A stretch of DNA of 59,600 nt from Thermoplasmata archaeon. Lineage in GTDB: Archaea; Thermoplasmatota; Thermoplasmata; GCA-020350865. The notes under the pieces were generated by a model that was not told the DNA's origin, searched no databases, and was given only the letters and a program-made list of their open reading frames with translations. Below are positions 52,501 through 56,762 of the stretch, piece after piece (the stretch's first letter is position 1; each line of letters opens with the position of its first letter). Both the position numbers and the translations under genes were made by a program. The stretch is from the NCBI GenBank assembly GCA_020348445.1, contig CP070751.1, positions 836,438-896,037 of the forward strand, written 5' to 3'.

Positions 52501-55500
52501 CACAGCTACAGTGGGATAGTCCTGAATAGGAGCTACTCCTCCGTTTCCTGCTTGGTTCACGAGTTTGTCTGAAGAGCCCCACTGGGTATCACCTGTTGTA
52601 TTGAGCTTTTGTGCGTAAATATCATAACTACGGGTCTGATCATACCAGACGATGATGGCATTATCATTTATATCCACGGCTACATCAGTTTCGCTTCCTG
52701 AGCTAGATGAATATTGATTTACTTTCTTATCGGAAGCACCCCATTGAGCAGCTCCAGTAGAGTCAAGTTTTTGTGCGTAGGTAACATATTTCGAACCGGA
52801 GCGATAATCAGACCAAGAAACGATCGCATCTCCATCGGAATCCAAATCTATCGCAGGGTCGATTTGAACCTGTGTTGTATACTGGTTTACTAATTTGTCC
52901 GAACCACCCCATTCTGCGGCCCCAGTAGGATCGAGCTTTTGGGCGTACACATTCCAGCCGCTGCGAGCATCCTTCCAGACGACAGTGACATTCCCTGAGG
53001 AATTCACTGCCACATCAGGTAGATCTTGGGAACTTGATGTATATTGGTTGACCTGCTTATCTGAGGATCCCCACTGCGGGTTACCATCTGAATCGAGCTT
53101 CTGCGCGTAGATATTCCAATTGCTATCGCGATAATCAGCCCAGACTACGATTGCATTGCCTGAAAAGTCCACATCCACTGCAGGATATTTTTGATCCTCA
53201 CTATCTGAATTTTGGTTGACCTTCACATCTGTAGAATTCCATAATGGATCCCCGTCAGAATTAAATTTCTGTGCATATATATTCCAGTCTGTATCACGGT
53301 CATCAGCCCAGACGACAATTGTATTTCCTGATGAATCTGCAGTTACTGCAGGAAATTGTTGGAGATCAGAATCTGAATTCTGGTTGACTTTCTTGTCGCC
53401 AGTTCCCCAAAGACACGCTGAATCAGGATCGTGGTAAGGAGCACCTACGATTATATCAGGATAACCATCATCGTTTACATCACCAGCATAAGACACATTC
53501 CATCCAAATCTATCACTTATTATGTTACCAAATCCACTAACAATTTCTTCAAGACTTTCGGCTCTTGTTCCTGTGGGTTCCATTATCACTCCTTCGCCAT
53601 CCGAATAATCTGAAGCCCTCCTCTCCCAGTCTGTGGCTAAAAAGTACACTTTGAATCCTTCATTTAGTGGGTCGATTTTTACATCATCCCAGTGTATACT
53701 CACCTCCATCTGCATTATGTCCAATCCCACCTCAACCTGATGGCTTACAGTCCATTCCCATTCCCATGACGCAGATCCAGACCATCTATAGAAGGTGCTG
53801 CTCAATATTTTATTATGCCTACCTTTCACCTCTATCATATAATCAGCATCAATTGGAAGGCCCACGCCATATCCTTGTCCAGAGTTCGTATCAATAAAGA
53901 TGTAAACCACGTCTTCTCCTGTCTTGGGTAGGACCTCTGGGATGATACCCTCTCCGCCTGGTTCTCCCCCGATTATTGGCTCAGATTTTGCCTTGTTGTT
54001 CCAGAAAGGCACTTTAATTCCACCACACATCTCACCGTCAACATTCAGATAAAACGCAGGTCCATATTCTGTATTGGATACTCCATATTTTATAATGTCC
54101 AAGTTTACACGATTCACATCTTTTGCTGGATCCTCGTTCAATAATTCATCTTCCCAATCAGAAAATGCTCCGTCGATACTCACATTTTCCGGTACATTTA
54201 GCAAATAACTGTTTTCATAGAAGTTCTCTTCTGGTTTTATACGAGAAATCGATACTGTCCCTTTATCAGTTATCACATCATGATTGTTCTCAATTCTCAA
54301 ACCTATGGTATTTTCTGAATGTGCATCCCCATTGACTGCGATCACAAGATACATAGTGCGAGTTTCATCTTTAGATATTAGTATATCTGGTCTAAAAGTT
54401 ACTCGATCCTCAAAAAAAGAGCCGAACACTAACCTCTCGCCATTTTCGTTTTCAAGCCATACTCCCGAAACATCAAGTTCGGTTCCCACACCTGTTCTCG
54501 TTGCTATAATTTCGTTGATTGTAATATCAGCGTTTTGTGCCCTAACCTCCATTTTAAGCAATCTGTGACTGTTTCCACTTATCTGAGCCTCCCCTGTGCC
54601 CTGTTGTGTTATGGACAGAATGCCATTCTCGTTGCTTATTATTGTATCAGAGAAATCGTCAAATCCGTCCCAGCTCTGCATGTAAAACAGCACATCCACC
54701 TTATCATGTTCATCTATATCCACTGCACTCATTGGTAACTGGGCTTCCAACTCAGACTCGTATACAGCAACAGTAATACTGCCTTTTAATTCCCACAGAT
54801 TCCAATCCTGTTCCAGAGCCGAATAACCATAGAAATTATAGCCTAAAAGCTCTTGGTTCCATCCATATATTTCTGCTAAATAATCTGCGCCAATACCTTG
54901 AATATAATACCCTGTTTCTGGGCTTTGATCTGAATCAATGAAAATATAAGCAGTGTCCACATGTTTTCCATTAAAAGGTTCACCTGCAAGCATCTCTCCT
55001 TCAACTTTTAGGTAGAACGAGAGTTCCATCAACCTCGCATCCACGCGATAATCGACTATATCCACATTGGGATTGAATGGTGCTACTTCTTGGGTGTCTG
55101 TGGATATAACTACTCCCCTCCAATCTTCAAATCTACCGTCGATTGTTATTCCTTTTGGTGGTTTAGCTAGATTCGCGATCAAATAAGGAGACATAACCAA
55201 TATCACAACTATTATTGGAACAACCACAAGTTTCCATCTACCTTTCTTACCCTCAAAAGCACCATGTTTTGCACTTAATCCATTGGTAATACCGTTTCCA
55301 TTGGTTATACCATTGGTGATTCCAGTCCTCAGGGCCCGAAGACCGTTTGTGAGTCCATTGGTAAGACCATTGGTAAGACCGTTGGAAATACCCCTCCTGG
55401 CCCTCTTCAGCCCGTTTGTAAGGCCGTTGGTCAATCCATTTGTCAATCCATTTGTAAGACCGTTTGTCATTCCAAACTTGCGTTTTTTATGTACCTTTAC

Positions 55501-56655
55501 AAATCCATTGGTCATGCTAAAAGAAGTATCGTCAGTTGGGCTTTTTCCCATATCATCTGTATAATCAATGGTAAGACCCTCAGTTGGGCCCTTGGCTTTA
55601 GCTACTTTTGGTACTTTTACTAAATCCACACTCACCTGGTCTTTGACTTCTTCTTTTTCTGATTCCGCGAGCATGCTTAGTATTGAGTCCATGGCTTTAA
55701 TTTGATCCGATTCCTTCTTATGAACCTCAGATTCCTCTCTAGGACCTGGTATACCTTTTACTTTCCTTTCCAATTTATCCTCTGACGCCTCCTCAAGTTC
55801 CTCCTCTAACCCTTTCATCAATATCTCTTCTAATCCCCTTTCCAATTCCTCTTCTAATCCTTCTTCCAATATCCCTTCTAATTCCTTTTCCAATTCCACC
55901 TCTAATCTTTCTTCCAATATCCCTTCTAATCCCTCCTCTATTTCCTCTTCTTCCAATATGAATTCTGTTCCGCATCTTGGACAAGCGTTGGCCGAGGATT
56001 CCACCTCTGCATCGCAGGTTGGACATGCAAATAATTGTTCTACTTCCTCTTCTTCCGAGAATATGGTATGACATAAAGGACACTCAAAAGCTGAACTATC
56101 CACCATGGCTCCGCATTCAGAGCATTCAAATTCTTCTTTTACTTCCTCGTCTAAAATTGTCTCGGGTACCTCCTCCAATAATGATTCGGGTACCTCCTCC
56201 AAGTTCAGAAATTCTACCCCGCATTCGGAGCAGGATTTGGCATCTTGATCCACTGCGACTCCACAATCCGGGCACCTGAAGTCATCCCCTTCCTTCGCTT
56301 TCTTTTCGTCCAAAATTTTATCGATCTCATCAGATAGGTTCTCAAGCTCATCTTCCAATACACCAATTTCCTCCTTGGGCGTCATATCCGAGGAAAACTC
56401 CAAGGCCTCTTCCCAGCCCTTGAATTCCTCGAACTTAAAACCACATTCCCGACATTTAAGCACGTTTTGATAATCCTTTTTGGTTAGAGTTCTGACACGA
56501 TAAGCACAAACAGGACAACTTGCCTTCTCGTTATCCTCAATTATAACCTGAGATTCCCTCAGATATCTATCGCAATTTTCGCATTTGAATTTGGGAATTT
56601 TCACTTTGGTCCCGCACAGGGGGCATCTTTTTTTGTTATCTTTTTCATCAGGCAT
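43543..56655 (-). CDS. Giant membrane protein: 5 Zn ribbons, acidic linker, GLTN repeats, TM, conserved core, 7-bladed FG-GAP propeller with inserts, 5 DUF2341-LamG modules, lamin-tail-like and DNRLRE domains, IPEY-CTERM
   Basis: 4370-aa ORF; motifs read directly; tail IIPEYDFVLIPIVMVPVLFTIFKRNRWKK; AGGTG RBS. Confidence 0.9.
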   Translation of the reverse strand: MPDEKDNKKRCPLCGTKVKIPKFKCENCDRYLRESQVIIEDNEKASCPVCAYRVRTLTKKDYQNVLKCRECGFKFEEFKGWEEALEFSSDMTPKEEIGVLEDELENLSDEIDKILDEKKAKEGDDFRCPDCGVAVDQDAKSCSECGVEFLNLEEVPESLLEEVPETILDEEVKEEFECSECGAMVDSSAFECPLCHTIFSEEEEVEQLFACPTCDAEVESSANACPRCGTEFILEEEEIEEGLEGILEERLEVELEKELEGILEEGLEEELERGLEEILMKGLEEELEEASEDKLERKVKGIPGPREESEVHKKESDQIKAMDSILSMLAESEKEEVKDQVSVDLVKVPKVAKAKGPTEGLTIDYTDDMGKSPTDDTSFSMTNGFVKVHKKRKFGMTNGLTNGLTNGLTNGLTNGLKRARRGISNGLTNGLTNGLTNGLRALRTGITNGITNGNGITNGLSAKHGAFEGKKGRWKLVVVPIIVVILVMSPYLIANLAKPPKGITIDGRFEDWRGVVISTDTQEVAPFNPNVDIVDYRVDARLMELSFYLKVEGEMLAGEPFNGKHVDTAYIFIDSDQSPETGYYIQGIGADYLAEIYGWNQELLGYNFYGYSALEQDWNLWELKGSITVAVYESELEAQLPMSAVDIDEHDKVDVLFYMQSWDGFDDFSDTIISNENGILSITQQGTGEAQISGNSHRLLKMEVRAQNADITINEIIATRTGVGTELDVSGVWLENENGERLVFGSFFEDRVTFRPDILISKDETRTMYLVIAVNGDAHSENTIGLRIENNHDVITDKGTVSISRIKPEENFYENSYLLNVPENVSIDGAFSDWEDELLNEDPAKDVNRVNLDIIKYGVSNTEYGPAFYLNVDGEMCGGIKVPFWNNKAKSEPIIGGEPGGEGIIPEVLPKTGEDVVYIFIDTNSGQGYGVGLPIDADYMIEVKGRHNKILSSTFYRWSGSASWEWEWTVSHQVEVGLDIMQMEVSIHWDDVKIDPLNEGFKVYFLATDWERRASDYSDGEGVIMEPTGTRAESLEEIVSGFGNIISDRFGWNVSYAGDVNDDGYPDIIVGAPYHDPDSACLWGTGDKKVNQNSDSDLQQFPAVTADSSGNTIVVWADDRDTDWNIYAQKFNSDGDPLWNSTDVKVNQNSDSEDQKYPAVDVDFSGNAIVVWADYRDSNWNIYAQKLDSDGNPQWGSSDKQVNQYTSSSQDLPDVAVNSSGNVTVVWKDARSGWNVYAQKLDPTGAAEWGGSDKLVNQYTTQVQIDPAIDLDSDGDAIVSWSDYRSGSKYVTYAQKLDSTGAAQWGASDKKVNQYSSSSGSETDVAVDINDNAIIVWYDQTRSYDIYAQKLNTTGDTQWGSSDKLVNQAGNGGVAPIQDYPTVAVNLSGYAIVAWRDYRSESNYDIYAQKLDSNGDYHWGDSDKKINSNSDSAHQRYPDVAVDSNDYAVVVWEDERNGANDDDIYAQKLGVGQDGGAAYIFFGYPGISSGDINASNANVTIYGSFAGDLFGWSVSDAGDVNGIYDDVIIGAPGYDNYKGRAYIFYGKATGLWSDVYDADTDSDEKITGESDYDKFGSSVSGAGNFDNSSYDDIIVGAPNAHGWWNSNWNYCKKITFDNTGQSEDLINFPVLVNLSASNFVYSKAKSDGTDLRFIDTDETTELDYHIEDWDSSGYSYVWVEVPQVDGSSSADYIWMYYNNTAASDVQDAAATYDANFMGVWHLYESSGTLFDSTSNDNDGTGSGGLTQGQTGIIDDAVDCDGNADHVDIPSSSSLNITAQITVEAWVKPDDVDHEKSDCAIVSKYQTDRAYCLAFNDDPGDADDWDWWLSSDGTTDGGQLHVSDAVTSNEWQYMVGTWDGTDMRLYKNGAELGTSISFSGPIYQSRGNLWIGECTVYEDMDGWIDEVRISNIGRSADWIAAQYLSMTFDFISFSNEQSFSDKVGYGKSYIFYGDGSIPISASNADKNYTGENYGDQFGFSVSDAGDIDNDGYDDVIIGAPFNDDVATDAGKVYIYFYGDSYAYVTSNVTTYGVITNFDNAKSAIDSGSYAILKEHDLGATTLWLWICDSTSDYIYRVNAEDSLASGSESGNVDISWENTGTTYPNGMALYNDYVWCVDYGTDNIEQYYPNNGTLVATHDISSFSGDARGFTYGGGYFWIGDAGDDNIYKVDPSDFSMVDYIDCDEGYFATDLPTYLEGLTWRDDIGSGRLIMTDPTEDKIYTIDIGNLSGNTIPNGDVTEVNTQSLDPGGLGWDGEYFWITDDGADTIYKVDPSNGNNVDSFSWTPGAPAGIECEIEVEIKYVLDIEFNTSSVLAAENLKLQLNYSVDGSETDFGVQVYDGSSWDDLGSQGDLTSTTFTTKEYTLDSDHRLSDGFVRIRFIGRNETSDTVNSTLNIEYHRIKSSGSYIALTGESTGDTFGWSVSNVSDINQDGSYDDVIVGAPFGDNLWWNSNWQYRKKLTFNNGAQSEDLLNFPVLVNLSASNFDYSKAKPDGTDLRFIDPDSSTEYNYHIEKWNSSAYSYVWVNVTQIDWGSTTDYMWMYYGNSNAVSAQDITGTYDINYTGVWHLNESSGTPYDATSYDNDGTIYGDVIQNVTGQVDGAYDFAGTADGQDDYIDCGNDASLYFDVSKSYTYSAWFYRHANADWDEILSKFSWSNYGFRIIIRPEGGAVIDVGNHTNSFVTGSTILSLNTWYHVAVVFNSSNPTVPEIYLNGNRETTSGSAAFLSDTSTPFDIGYGWDTEAFDGVIDGVTASNKIRSADWIAAQYKSMTNNFISFGNEQQDSPGKVYIFHGGSSMDSTSDVNLTGESNGDRFGYSVDFAGDVDSDGKIDAIVGAPYYDNGSYTNSGNVYVFKGGSSMNSLACYEFKGSQANEHMGWSVSFALDINDSGDNAVLVGAPHKDDGSNTDSGKAYILYIRIPQIVINEIMFNPTGGPWDGDWNCRKKITIHSSKVAADLTDFPVLISTTDSDLMDKAQSDGDDIVFVAADNETKLDHEIEYYNSETGELIAWVKLPSISSTIDTVFYMYYNNSEATNQENEEGVWSNGYVGVYHLVEDTGTIGNSASDTNDGIRENTPTRDTGKIGFAQNFTGSGTDDYFNLGDLGLTDGTNENFTISTWAYIDNSAIENWGKIVSKRNESDTTYSYQLSFNDDANKGIYIYVNDDGSTAQPVIKSNWTYVSFTYDGSSQLLYINESLILEDTGMSGPIWSSSADVFVGASGVPSMNYGGLLDELRFSNVPRSQQWIETEFNNQYYPDTFYTINGEDINTSAWTYRKEITINYEQVSGDIDGFPMMIQTTDSDLVTYAQSDGDDIVFTDWDGKSQLNHEIERYTSATGELIAWVKMASLSSSTDTTIYMYYNNSDVTNSEDDEAVFSNGYVGVYHMDEESGSISNSASSTNDGTRQDSPTRTTGWIGYGQDFSGSAGDDRFNLGDMGLTLGVLENLTLSFWLNINDPLLDTWGRVILKRDESDSNTLWGAYFDDDVTDKDLFFNAGEDGGAYEIGKSIWVYVSYTYDGTIKRHYQNGSQVRDDTGGGGPISTTISSAAVTIGGRIAGGQHYAGILDEVRISKVTHSADWILTEFNNQYYPGSFYTFNDEDITPSDWDYRKPITINSSKVTGDLFAFPVLVDITDSDLANDARADGYDIIFTDSEGESKLCHEIELFNSSSGELVAWVKVPRLFSSSDTMIYMYYGNTSQSSPTENPDGVWYPNYVGVWHLNQSGDGTADEFEDSSQFDNHGQGGSGTSSYVPTRIEGKIGYGQDFDGENDYIDCGYDASLDIGGKQITLEAWINFEGYDSDHYTGIMSHSGWAEGYRMVIKDTGNPLYFHLPEDSYSVASDNDLPTDSWVHVVAVYNGSKMFVYVNGIKSSNEVDKTDNIETCADEFWIGHGDNDVGVAWSYPWNGSIDEVRVSNYTRSADWIVTEYNNQNDTASFIYTGSEETPPSSSTTDSSSYNEWVELYNSGNTPVDLTGWYLTDNDGYKFDISGAGSIPPGGYLVCHLGQGGINSSTDVYGYIDYESEFVVQPDATAGKDVYLDSSLGIANTGTWVQMTVTNASSLYVRPLVQFDLSSLPPGIVKDAKVWLYRYDGHATTGATVNLHRVTQSWIEGTGQVNSGANWGTYDGTNSWAASGGDYDSSSEDTKTIAAGTDAWYYWNVTDLIRDWESGTYSNYGMIFEADDGSENQIFVSSDNSDSSKHPKLIVNMSTTAPMLENSDDLALMDSNSIIIDYVAWGETSGSDDDDAASWSQWTDGDYVDTSDLLENQTIGRDKDSNDTNLPVNWEDGAGKADPFGIDRSTENGSTPNAQNVDFIIPEYDFVLIPIVMVPVLFTIFKRNRWKKFISARNSSKIRAHCVRRRIILIFQIYKNRLK
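55276..55473 (-). repeat. (G-L/I/M-T-N)n tetrapeptide repeat block, paralog 3
   Basis: Eleven xTNG units plus one ISNG in this block; one more MTNG about 40 nt upstream in the gene. Confidence 0.85.
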
Positions 56656-56762
56656 TTCGGCACCTGTTTTTGCACTTTATTTCCTTGGATTGAGATTCTT
56701 GTCAATGTCTTTAGAGCCCCCTGGACTATCACATAGAGCAGAAGGGTACGAATTTCGTTTCT

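Noticed and set aside
37205-56655. True integrins or horizontal transfer from eukaryotes
   Set aside because: FG-GAP propellers are widespread in prokaryotes; no thigh/calf domains, GFFKR tail or beta subunit seen.
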